Translations under genes and position numbers: made by a program | Notes under the pieces: generated by a model | The model's input: only the letters and a program-made list of their open reading frames with translations | What the model was told of the DNA's origin: nothing | The model's database searches: none | Assembly (NCBI GenBank): GCA_024229515.1 | Contig: JAAESI010000340.1 | Location: forward strand, 92,808-156,807 | Origin: Pseudomonadota bacterium | GTDB lineage: Bacteria > Myxococcota_A > UBA796 > UBA9615 | Direction: 5' to 3' | Length of the DNA stretch: 64,000 bases | Shown here: piece by piece, positions 53,003-61,407 of the stretch | Layout of the letters: every line of letters starts with the position of its first letter | Position numbering within the stretch: position 1 is the first letter of the stretch

Positions 53003-54681
53003 CAGTTCAACACCTCGTCCTCGATCAGATGTCCGGCGGTCAGCCACCACTCTTCGTTCGGCGTCCGCGTCATGTTGGTGCCGCAGTGCACCTCGCCCAG
53101 ACCGAGGTGGTAGACGGACCAGTTGTCCACGAAGTGCCAGTCGATGCCGGAGGGGTAGGTGTCCTCGATGAAGGCGATCATCGGGTCTTCGTCCTGGCCG
53201 ATGTCGGAGTTGGCGCTGTCCCGCATGAAGGGGTCCGCGAGGAAGATGTCGGTCCGGTCCCCGCGGTTGGCGACGATCATGTTCGCCATGCCGGGGATGA
53301 GGGCGGCGTCCGTGCCACCGCAGCCGCCGGGCTCCTCGAAGAGGCTCGGCATCGGGATGATCTCTTCGGCGGTGAGGTCGAACTTGTCGATGAACCGGTC
53401 GAGGATCGGGTCGAGCACGTCCTCGGTCAGGTCCTCGTTGAAGTACCGCACCGCGTCGTCGTTGACGAACTCCTCGATGGTGTCGATGCCGTAGCTCTGG
53501 CGGTACTTCGGCAGCTCGACGTTGTCGGCTCCCTCGAGCACCTCCCAGGCCGCCGAGGCGTCGCTGTAGACGAAGCGGAAGCCGCGGGGGGCGCTGGGGT
53601 CGGGGACGAAGCTGACGAACTCGTCGACGTGGCCGACGCAGAGCCAGGAGGTGTCGACCCGGAAGGGCGCCTGGATGAGCTGGTCCGCGAGGTGGTCGGT
53701 CATCTCGACGGCGGGGTGGTAGTTGTCGTCGCCGCCCCAGTAGGCGCGACCGAACGGGTAGGCGTCCCCGAGCGGCGGCGAAACCTCGAGGTTCCCGAAC
53801 GAATCCAGGGAGTTGGCGACCTGGGGCCGACCCCAGGTGCCGATGATGGCGTCAGGTCCGCCGACGAAGCCGTCGCCGGGGATCGCGTCGAAGTTGTTCT
53901 CGGGCCAGTTGTCGAGGCCGCGGTCGCGGACCGAGTCGATGACGACGTCGATGCGCTGGTCCTTTGCGCCGTACCAACCGAACTGCACCTCGTCCTGGAT
54001 CCAGACGTCGCCGAAGTAGGTCTGGGCGCTGAACGCGGTGAACTGCTCGCCGAGCACGTCCTCGTACGTCTCCACCATGTGGCGGTTGTTGTAGCTGCCG
54101 CCGCCGAAGCTGAGGTCCATCACCCAGACGTGCTCGGTCTGCTGCAGGTGGTGGTTGAGGAGCATCGACCCGGTAGTCATCCACAGGGTGAACGAGGCGA
54201 GGACCTCGCCGTCCTCGTCGAGGTGATACAGCGTCGCGGTCGTGATGGTCAGCGGCTGGTCCGCCTCCACCTCGAAGACCTGGTCGACGTCGGTCTCGGT
54301 GAGGTTGTAGCTGGTGAGGTTGGGGCCTTCGGCCTCGCCCAGGATGAGCACGTCTTCCTGGGTGATGCGGATGTTGCCGGCGTCGCCGCCGAGATCGAGG
54401 CGGAGCCACTCGCCCTTGTTCGCTTTGACGCTCTCCCACGCGGTCGCGGGGAGCACGAAGACGGAGCGGTCGTCGTCTTCCGCGGCGCGCCCGGCTTCGG
54501 ACCAGTCGGGCTCACCGTCGACGTTGTCGTCGTCGATGTTGGGGATGAGGGCGAGCCCGGGGAACGTCTCCAGGGAGCCGAGGGGGTAGCCCTCGGCGGT
54601 CAGCTCGAGCGGGGCCTCGCTGGAAGGGCAGCCCGCCAGGAGAAGGGCCGCGCTGGCGAGGGCGATGATCCGTCGTCGCAT
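53002..54681 (-). CDS. lipoprotein with animal-type protein-arginine deiminase (PAD, PF03068-like) catalytic domain
   Basis: MRRRIIALASAALLLAGC (lipobox). GGAG lies 5 nt upstream of ATG 54681. PAD signatures are GDVWIQDEVQFGW, LDSFGNLEVSPP, WLCVGHVDEFVSFVP and GLGEVHCGTNM. Confidence 0.85.
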   Translation of the reverse strand: MRRRIIALASAALLLAGCPSSEAPLELTAEGYPLGSLETFPGLALIPNIDDDNVDGEPDWSEAGRAAEDDDRSVFVLPATAWESVKANKGEWLRLDLGGDAGNIRITQEDVLILGEAEGPNLTSYNLTETDVDQVFEVEADQPLTITTATLYHLDEDGEVLASFTLWMTTGSMLLNHHLQQTEHVWVMDLSFGGGSYNNRHMVETYEDVLGEQFTAFSAQTYFGDVWIQDEVQFGWYGAKDQRIDVVIDSVRDRGLDNWPENNFDAIPGDGFVGGPDAIIGTWGRPQVANSLDSFGNLEVSPPLGDAYPFGRAYWGGDDNYHPAVEMTDHLADQLIQAPFRVDTSWLCVGHVDEFVSFVPDPSAPRGFRFVYSDASAAWEVLEGADNVELPKYRQSYGIDTIEEFVNDDAVRYFNEDLTEDVLDPILDRFIDKFDLTAEEIIPMPSLFEEPGGCGGTDAALIPGMANMIVANRGDRTDIFLADPFMRDSANSDIGQDEDPMIAFIEDTYPSGIDWHFVDNWSVYHLGLGEVHCGTNMTRTPNEEWWLTAGHLIEDEVLN

Positions 54682-54787
54682 GAACACTCCGGGCCGAAAG
54701 ATAGGTCGGCGGGGGAAGGATATCGAAGTGTGTTTGCGAGCCCGGTGATGTTTCCGTCAACCCGGTAAAGACTCGGACAAAACCGGG

Positions 54788-55690
54788 TCAGGACCACCAG
54801 TGCAGCTTCATGCAGTAGACGGAGCCGCCCGAGAGCAGGAACTGGTCGGTCTCCAGCTCGATCACTTCGATGCCGAGTTCCCGCAGCTGGGCGTTGCAGC
54901 GAGGGCTCCCCTTCTGGACCAGGAAGTGCCGTCCATCGGGGCTGTGGCCGTTGCAGGCCATGTTCATCGCCTCGACCTCGTTCACCTCCACGAGGCGCGG
55001 CACCAGCGACGCGAGGAGCTCGCGGCCGGCGTCGTCGAACGCCCCGGGGAACACCACCGCGGTCTGCTCGTCCACGAACGAGAGGCAGGTATCCAGGTGG
55101 TAGAAGCGCCGGTCGACGAGCCTCAGCAGCGCCACGGGCACGCCGGTCATCGCCGAGACGCGCTCCCACGCTTCCCGCCGCGAGCGGGGCCCGACGCCGC
55201 CCCACAGCAGCGCTCGGCCGGGGTGCCAGGCGCCGTCCCCGGTGCCCTCCATGCTCGGCACGCTCCAGGGGTCCAGGTGCGCGATGTGCACGCCGCGCTC
55301 GGCGAGGAAACCCTGGATGTGGGCGACTTCGGGCTCCCGTCGGGCGCGCCGCATGATGGACATGATCGCGCCCGAGCCTTCGGTGAGCAGACCCGGGGGG
55401 ACCGGCAGGGACTGGTTGGCGCAGAACACGAGATCCGGCAGCAGCGGCTGGCCCTCGAGCACGTCCACGGTCTGGCCGATTCCCCGGTAGGCCTCCACCA
55501 GGTGACGCCACTGGTGACGCGCCTCAAAGCGGTTCACCTGGCCGACGTTGCCCTCCATGTGAGGGTTGATCACGTACTCGACGTCGTAGAACCGCGGCTC
55601 CACCACGAGCACACGATCCGGCAGCGGCACGGTCGGGAGGTCCGCCAGCAGGGGCACCTCGGGCCCCGGCCGTTCGATCAGCTGACTCAC
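54788..55690 (-). CDS. amidinotransferase/DDAH-like guanidino-group-modifying enzyme
   Basis: 300 aa with no signal peptide. Motifs are VINPHM, DLVFCANQ, FYHLDTC and the C-terminal SGGSVYCM (candidate catalytic Cys). Confidence 0.7.
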   Translation of the reverse strand: MSQLIERPGPEVPLLADLPTVPLPDRVLVVEPRFYDVEYVINPHMEGNVGQVNRFEARHQWRHLVEAYRGIGQTVDVLEGQPLLPDLVFCANQSLPVPPGLLTEGSGAIMSIMRRARREPEVAHIQGFLAERGVHIAHLDPWSVPSMEGTGDGAWHPGRALLWGGVGPRSRREAWERVSAMTGVPVALLRLVDRRFYHLDTCLSFVDEQTAVVFPGAFDDAGRELLASLVPRLVEVNEVEAMNMACNGHSPDGRHFLVQKGSPRCNAQLRELGIEVIELETDQFLLSGGSVYCMKLHWWS

Positions 55691-55697
55691 GCGCGGG

Positions 55698-57446
55698 CTA
55701 CTGAACGATCAGCGGGTACGTGATCTTCTTGGGGGTCCCGTCGAACGGCGGGAACTTGAGCGCATTCAGCTCGCGGCTGATGCAGGTGTCCAGCGCGGTG
55801 CCGGCGAATCTCGACGTCGTCACGCGAGCCTTCGACACGCCGCCCTCGGGGGCGATGGTGAACTTCAAGTAGATCTTGCCGCTGAGGTCGACGCCCTTGG
55901 CCTCTTCGACCCGCAGGCAGCGCACGATGGCCGCGTTGTTGCGGATGATCGTGTCGATGACGAACGGGCTCGGGCCGTCGCTCTTTGCGCTGGAGGAGGA
56001 GGCGTCGGGCTCGTTCAGGCGGGGACGGGACGGGCCGGGGCCCGACGACTCCCGGGGGGCGGGGGTCGGCTCGGCCTTCGGCCGGGGGGTGCGACGCTCC
56101 GCGGGGGGCGGACGCACGACATCAGCCTTGCTCTCCTTGGCCGGGGTCGGCTCGCGCCAGGCTTCGTCTTCCTTGCCGTTGCCCAGGCCGGCGACTTCGG
56201 TGCCGCTGTACTTGCGCGCCATCTCCAGCTCATCGCTGTCGAGGCCCGCGCCGGTGGCGCCGTCGCCCGTCGCCTCGCCCTCGGGGGCGGGAGCGGGGGT
56301 CGCGACGGGGGGCACAGGCTTGGTCGGAGGCGGACGCAGCTCCGCCGGCGACGGAGTGTCGTTGCCTCCGCTGACCAGCCCGCCGGCGACGGCGAAGTGG
56401 ATGGCGGTAAGCACGACCGTCAGGAAGAAGGCGAGGATCAGCGCGATCGGGGTGCGCTGCGGGTGCAGGCCGCGGCCGGTGACCGTCGCCAGGAACAGGC
56501 ACGCGGTCAGCCCGAGGGCGGCGAGGGCGAAGAAGATCAGCGAGACCGGCCAGTCGAGGCCGGCGAGGCTTCCCAGGAGGCCGACGAGGCCGACGATGCT
56601 GAACCAGGTCACGGCGCCGAGGACCGGCGAGGCGGACACCTTGACCGAGGTCACGGCGGTGGCCGAACCCATGGCTGCGGCGCTGCGCGGGGGCACGGAG
56701 CCGCCGACCGTCGGGCTGGGCCCGGGCGAGGGGCTCAAGCCGAGCGTCGGGCCGGTGCTCCCGTTGCTGGGGGCGACGCCGCCGCGGCCGGTGGTGGGCA
56801 GCGGAAGGGGGCGGGTCTGATCGCTCGATGGAGCGAATCCGCCGGTCGGGCCGGGGGGCACCGGGCCGGCCTGGGAGGCAGGGCTGGGCACGCCCGCGAC
56901 GCTGGGCGAGGGGCCGTCGTAGACCTTGGTCGCCGGAGAGTCGCTGGGGGGGATGGCGGTCGCAGGGATGACCGAAGGCATGCGCGGCGGGCTGGGCTGC
57001 GCGGCGGGGCCGGGGGCCGCGGACTGGCTCGGCAGCGGCGCGATGGCCGGCGGCGGAGGCGGAGCGGGGGTCGGCTCGGACGGTCCGGCGGGCCCGAGCG
57101 GCCCGAGCGCGTCGGCCTTGGCGGTGGGGCCACCGACGGACTGGATGCCGGGGATGGAGATGGCCCGAAGCTCGGCCGTGAGGCTCCCGATGGAGGGGAC
57201 TGAAGCCTGGCTCGAGGCCATCTTCTGGAGCTCCGGAACCGACTTGATGACGGTCCGCTCCTCGTCCTCTTCTTCAGCGGCGGGGCTGGTCTGGGACGCA
57301 GCCGCCTCCTCGGCAGCACGGCTACCGGGCTTGTAGATGATGATCTTGTGGCCGCAACGCTTGCAGGTGGCCCGGTTGACCTCCTTGCTCAGCTTCTCGT
57401 TGGCGATCTTGTAGACCGCGCCACAGTTGTCGCAGACGACTCGCAT
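55698..57446 (-). CDS. zinc-ribbon - Pro-rich linker - TM - AgmX/PglI-type C-terminal domain protein
   Basis: MRVVCDNCGAVYKI..CKRCGH (MJ0042-type zinc finger), then a long Pro/Ala/Ser-rich region and TM helices. The C-terminus, GKIYLKFTIAPEGGVSKARV..CISRELNALKFPPFDG, resembles a TonB_C/AgmX fold. Confidence 0.7.
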   Translation of the reverse strand: MRVVCDNCGAVYKIANEKLSKEVNRATCKRCGHKIIIYKPGSRAAEEAAASQTSPAAEEEDEERTVIKSVPELQKMASSQASVPSIGSLTAELRAISIPGIQSVGGPTAKADALGPLGPAGPSEPTPAPPPPPAIAPLPSQSAAPGPAAQPSPPRMPSVIPATAIPPSDSPATKVYDGPSPSVAGVPSPASQAGPVPPGPTGGFAPSSDQTRPLPLPTTGRGGVAPSNGSTGPTLGLSPSPGPSPTVGGSVPPRSAAAMGSATAVTSVKVSASPVLGAVTWFSIVGLVGLLGSLAGLDWPVSLIFFALAALGLTACLFLATVTGRGLHPQRTPIALILAFFLTVVLTAIHFAVAGGLVSGGNDTPSPAELRPPPTKPVPPVATPAPAPEGEATGDGATGAGLDSDELEMARKYSGTEVAGLGNGKEDEAWREPTPAKESKADVVRPPPAERRTPRPKAEPTPAPRESSGPGPSRPRLNEPDASSSSAKSDGPSPFVIDTIIRNNAAIVRCLRVEEAKGVDLSGKIYLKFTIAPEGGVSKARVTTSRFAGTALDTCISRELNALKFPPFDGTPKKITYPLIVQ

Positions 57447-57595
57447 CACTCTCCCGAATGGGCGCGGGACCTGGGGGGCTACAGCGCTGACCTACCCCGA
57501 ACTCCGCAGCCGACGGACCCTACTTCAGCCGGCCCGATCAAGTCAATTGAAGGATTACGCGCGTGAGGACAGCGACCCTGTCGGTCGAACGACGG

Positions 57596-58525
57596 TCATC
57601 GATCGAGGACGTCCGGCACGCTCACCAGAAGGGGGCGGAGCCGAGCCAGGACGTTCGTCCACTGGGCCCGCGGGATCGCCGGGAGCGCGGCGGTGCGGTC
57701 GTCCAGCCACTTGCAGACGCCGGGGAGCCCGCCCTCCAGCTGGTGGAACGGGAGCAGCCACATCGTGACCTCGCCGTCCGCTTCGAGGTCGTCGCCGATG
57801 AGCACGTACTCGGGATCCCGCAGCAGCGTGTCGACGTCGGGGGCGAGCACCACGGCGAGCACCTCGCGCCCGTCCCGACCGTCGAGCCACATCGGGTTGG
57901 CCTCGTGGTACCGCTCGAACCCGCGGGCCTCGATGCTCCCCTGGATGCGCTCGATCAAGGCGACCGGCAGGTCCTCGGGGTCGTGGAGATCGTCGATGAG
58001 CTCGATCCAGGTGCGGGGGCCGATGGCGGCGTGCCCGGCGGGGCCGCCGATGCGGGCCACCCGACCCTGCCGCACGGTCGCTTCGACCGACGCGACGCCG
58101 GCGACGCACTCGTTCAGGTAGCGCTGATCGTCCTGCTCGAAGTGGCGGAGCACGCCCTCGGCGAGGAACTCCCCCTCCCCCTCGACCCGCAGCGTGCCCG
58201 AGGGACCCGCGAGCACCTGGCAGACGGCGACGGCGAGCCGCCAATCGCTCCACGTGGCCAGCGCGGCGACGGAGACGACCACCTCGGCGGCGTCACGGCC
58301 GCGGGTGGCGAGCAACTCGACCCCGCGAGTGGAGGCGCCGGGCACGTAGATGGCGATGCGGGGGTGGGGCCAGGGGCACCACGAGGTGCTTCGTTCGCCC
58401 TGATCGGCGGCGATGGTCGTGACCTCGTCGGCCTGCACGTCCATTCCGAGCCGGTCTCCGGCCGCGTCGATCAGATCGGCGAGGGTCGGGAGCTCGGCGA
58501 CGTCGACGCGCACGACGAAGGCCAT
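57596..58525 (-). CDS. hypothetical cytoplasmic protein
   Basis: The ATG at 58525 lies 2 nt after the upstream stop and gives MAFVVRVDVAELPTLADLIDAAG. The composition looks protein-like, unlike the Arg/Pro-rich 5' extension in the track. Confidence 0.5.
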   Translation of the reverse strand: MAFVVRVDVAELPTLADLIDAAGDRLGMDVQADEVTTIAADQGERSTSWCPWPHPRIAIYVPGASTRGVELLATRGRDAAEVVVSVAALATWSDWRLAVAVCQVLAGPSGTLRVEGEGEFLAEGVLRHFEQDDQRYLNECVAGVASVEATVRQGRVARIGGPAGHAAIGPRTWIELIDDLHDPEDLPVALIERIQGSIEARGFERYHEANPMWLDGRDGREVLAVVLAPDVDTLLRDPEYVLIGDDLEADGEVTMWLLPFHQLEGGLPGVCKWLDDRTAALPAIPRAQWTNVLARLRPLLVSVPDVLDR

Positions 58526-58527
58526 GC

Positions 58528-61407
58528 TCAGTCGTCCTCCCCGACGACGCGCCGGAGCGCGAGCAGGCCGGGGTCGTCGGGGTCGAGGAGCTCGGCCTTG
58601 TCGAGGGCGCGGACGGCGAGCTCGGGCTGCTCGAGGGCGAGCCAGGCGCGGGCGAGGTTCACGAAGTGGTCGGGCTGGTCGGGGGCCCACACGATCGCGA
58701 GGTTCCCCAACTCGACGGCCCGTTGGGGGTCGTGGTGGACGTGCGACTCGGGGTGCCCGAGCACCCAGGCGTGGAGGCCGACGAGCGTGGCGCAGGGGCG
58801 GCGCAGGGTGCCCAGGTCGGACTCGACGGCGACGCGGCACTCGGTCACAAGGAGGTCGAGCTCACGGCGGGCGGAGGCGCGGCGCGCGCGTTCGAAGGCG
58901 GCGTAGGCGGCGAACCGGGCGGGCAGGTCGACGTCGGGGCGGATGGCCCGCCACTGCACGCGCCACTGCTCGTCGGTGAGGTACGGGTCCAGGTCGGTGA
59001 GCAGGTGCAGCTGGAAGCGGACGGTGTCCCAGGAGATCCGGTCCCAGTTGTCGTCGGCCTGCCACACCAGCGAGTCGACGAGCACGTCCACGCCGTCGGG
59101 GTCGCCGGCGGCGAGGAGGGCGCGGGCGGCGGCGCGGCGCACGGTGCGGTCGCGGTCGCTGAGGGCGGCGATCTTGATCCACTCGGGGAGCGGCTCGGCG
59201 AGGGTGGAGTCGGCGATGCGGGCGCGGTACTCGGCCTCCGCCGCCGCCCAGCGCTCGGCCGGATCGCCCTCGGGGTCGCCGGTCCCGGGGTCGGGGGGGA
59301 GCTCGGCGGGCACGGCCTCGCCGGACCAGGTGAACGGGCCGAAGCCGCCCTCGGGCCGCAGGGGGGCGTGGTCGAAGCCGGCGCGGCTGACGACGGTGTC
59401 GATGCCGGCGGCGCGGTCTTCGAAGAGCCAGGTGGCGTTGTCGGCGGCGTTGCCCCCGGGGCGGTTGATCGAGACGGCGTAGGTGTCGCTGCCGCCGAGG
59501 TCGGCCAGCAGCGCGGTGGCGCCGCGGTCGGGGCGGGCGGGAGGCACTGCGAACGCGATGCCGTCCCACAGGGCGACGTAGTGGTCGTCGCCGCCCTCGT
59601 CCACGAGCAGGCCGAGGGCGTGGGCGCGGCGGGCCCAGCCGATGCCTCCGCCGAGGTCGTTGGGGACCGCGTTGCCGGCCGGTTCCAGGCGGTAGGAGTC
59701 GGGCGCGTCGCCCTGGTCCCAGAGCACGCCGACGGAGCGGTCGACGGCGGCGCCGAGCACGGTGTTGGTGCCCTGGTAGGCGTCGGATCCGGCGCTGTCG
59801 ACGAGGATGCCGGCGGCGAGGTGCGAGGCGCTGCCCTGGGACCGGTACTCGGCGACGTAGCGGTCGGACCCGGCGCGGTCCAGGAGCATGCCCAGGGCGA
59901 GCATCTCGCCGCTGCCCTGGCCGTAGGCGCGAGCGTAGTAGCCGTCGTTGCCGTGGCGGTCGTACAGCAGGCCGACCCCGCCGTGCAGCGTCGCGTCGCC
60001 GACCCATGGGTACGGGCGGGTGCCGTAGGCGCCGCCCTGTCCGCCGCCGCCGTACAGGCCGAGGATGTCCTCGCCGGGGATGCCGAGGCGGACCTGGTCC
60101 GAGCCGAACAGATCGATGTAGGCGCCGAGGCCGCCGGTGGAGGCGAAGCCCTGCCCACGGCCGTGGACGACGGAGCGGTCGTCGCCGGAGCCGTCGACGA
60201 GCAGGCCGATGCCGAGCGTGCCGGCCCCCTGCGCGAAGCCGTTGGCGGAGCGGGCGTCGTCGCCCCCCTGGTCCCAGAGCACGCCGACGCCGAGGAAGCC
60301 GGCGCCCTGGCACTGGTAGGTGCAGAGGTAGTCGTCGGCGTCGCGGCCGGCGTCGATGAGGATGCCCACGCCGCCGTAGCCGGAGCCCTGGGTGTGGGGG
60401 GCGGTGGCGGTGTAGCGGTCCTTGCCGCCCAGATCGATGGCGACGCCCACGCGCGAGGGGAGGCCGACGTTGGAGCCGGCGCCGCCGGTGTACTCGTCGT
60501 TCCCGGCGGGGTCGATGAGGAGGAAGGCGTCGTTCCCGGCGTGCTTGTCGTCGCCGGTGCTGCCCACGATGAGGGCCCCCAGGGAGGTCTCGACGTACAG
60601 CAGCGGGCCGTTGGAGGCGGGCAGCTCGGCGGCGGCGAGGCGGGGGAGGATCGCTTCGATCTGGGCGAGCAGCTCGGAGGCGTGGGAGCGCATCCAGGGG
60701 TAGGAGAAGCGCTGGGCGAGCTCGAGGAACCCCAGCTGCACGCCGACGGGGTGGCTGCGCACGCGCAGCTCGGTGCCGAAGGAGCCGACGAAGAACGACT
60801 CCGCGGTGCGGCGGGGGGTCGGCATCTGACCGTCGGCGCCCCACCGGAGGTGGGCCTTGTAGATGTGCTTGCAGAGCTCATCGAGGGCGTCGCGGAAGTC
60901 GGCCGGGAGGTGGGCGCTGAGCACCTGGCCCTTCTCGGATTCGAACAGCTCGGACGGCTTGGGCAGCGGTGAGACGAAGGTCGAGGCCGGCGGCGGCAGC
61001 GGTGCGGCGGGGTCGGCGTCGCCGCCGGGCGCGACGGGCGTGAGGGCGTCGAGCAGGGCCGAGGGGCTCCCGATGCCGGGAAGCTCCGGCTTGCGGTAGC
61101 GCGTGCCGGGGTCGGGGAGCGGGCCCGCGGCGGCGTCGAGGGCGTCGCCGAGGCGGTTGGCAAACGGGGCCGCGGCGAGGGGACGCGCGAGCACCGAGTC
61201 GATGACCGGAGAGCTGGTGGGGACGAAGTAGCCGGCTTCCTCGGCTCGGGGGAGGGCGAGGCTCTCGAGGCTTCGGCTGGACAGGCGGAGGCCCCGCTCG
61301 ATGGGGGCCTCGCCGGGGGCCGGGTCGGGCGGCGGCGGCACCGGCTTGGGGCAGCCGAGCAGGAGCGCGAGGGCGGCGGCGCTACTCCAGGAACGGAGCG
61401 ATGGCAT
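58528..61407 (-). CDS. lipoprotein with ~12 G.L.D..G.D.Y solenoid-like repeats and HEAT/TPR-like tail
   Basis: MPSLRSWSSAAALALLLGC (lipobox). Repeat cores include FLLIDPAGNDEY, VAIDLGGKDRY, GLLVDGSGDD, GMLLDRAGSDRY, GILVDSAGSDAY and GLLVDEGGDDHY. Confidence 0.7.
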   Translation of the reverse strand: MPSLRSWSSAAALALLLGCPKPVPPPPDPAPGEAPIERGLRLSSRSLESLALPRAEEAGYFVPTSSPVIDSVLARPLAAAPFANRLGDALDAAAGPLPDPGTRYRKPELPGIGSPSALLDALTPVAPGGDADPAAPLPPPASTFVSPLPKPSELFESEKGQVLSAHLPADFRDALDELCKHIYKAHLRWGADGQMPTPRRTAESFFVGSFGTELRVRSHPVGVQLGFLELAQRFSYPWMRSHASELLAQIEAILPRLAAAELPASNGPLLYVETSLGALIVGSTGDDKHAGNDAFLLIDPAGNDEYTGGAGSNVGLPSRVGVAIDLGGKDRYTATAPHTQGSGYGGVGILIDAGRDADDYLCTYQCQGAGFLGVGVLWDQGGDDARSANGFAQGAGTLGIGLLVDGSGDDRSVVHGRGQGFASTGGLGAYIDLFGSDQVRLGIPGEDILGLYGGGGQGGAYGTRPYPWVGDATLHGGVGLLYDRHGNDGYYARAYGQGSGEMLALGMLLDRAGSDRYVAEYRSQGSASHLAAGILVDSAGSDAYQGTNTVLGAAVDRSVGVLWDQGDAPDSYRLEPAGNAVPNDLGGGIGWARRAHALGLLVDEGGDDHYVALWDGIAFAVPPARPDRGATALLADLGGSDTYAVSINRPGGNAADNATWLFEDRAAGIDTVVSRAGFDHAPLRPEGGFGPFTWSGEAVPAELPPDPGTGDPEGDPAERWAAAEAEYRARIADSTLAEPLPEWIKIAALSDRDRTVRRAAARALLAAGDPDGVDVLVDSLVWQADDNWDRISWDTVRFQLHLLTDLDPYLTDEQWRVQWRAIRPDVDLPARFAAYAAFERARRASARRELDLLVTECRVAVESDLGTLRRPCATLVGLHAWVLGHPESHVHHDPQRAVELGNLAIVWAPDQPDHFVNLARAWLALEQPELAVRALDKAELLDPDDPGLLALRRVVGEDD

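Noticed and set aside
54755-54788. Hairpin ACCCGG-N17-CCGGGT after the amidinotransferase stop, plus a TTGACG hexamer, as a terminator and promoter for the PAD gene
   Set aside because: The stem is only 6 bp with a 17-nt loop and has no U-tract. No convincing -10 hexamer sits at the right spacing. I kept it only as a note.
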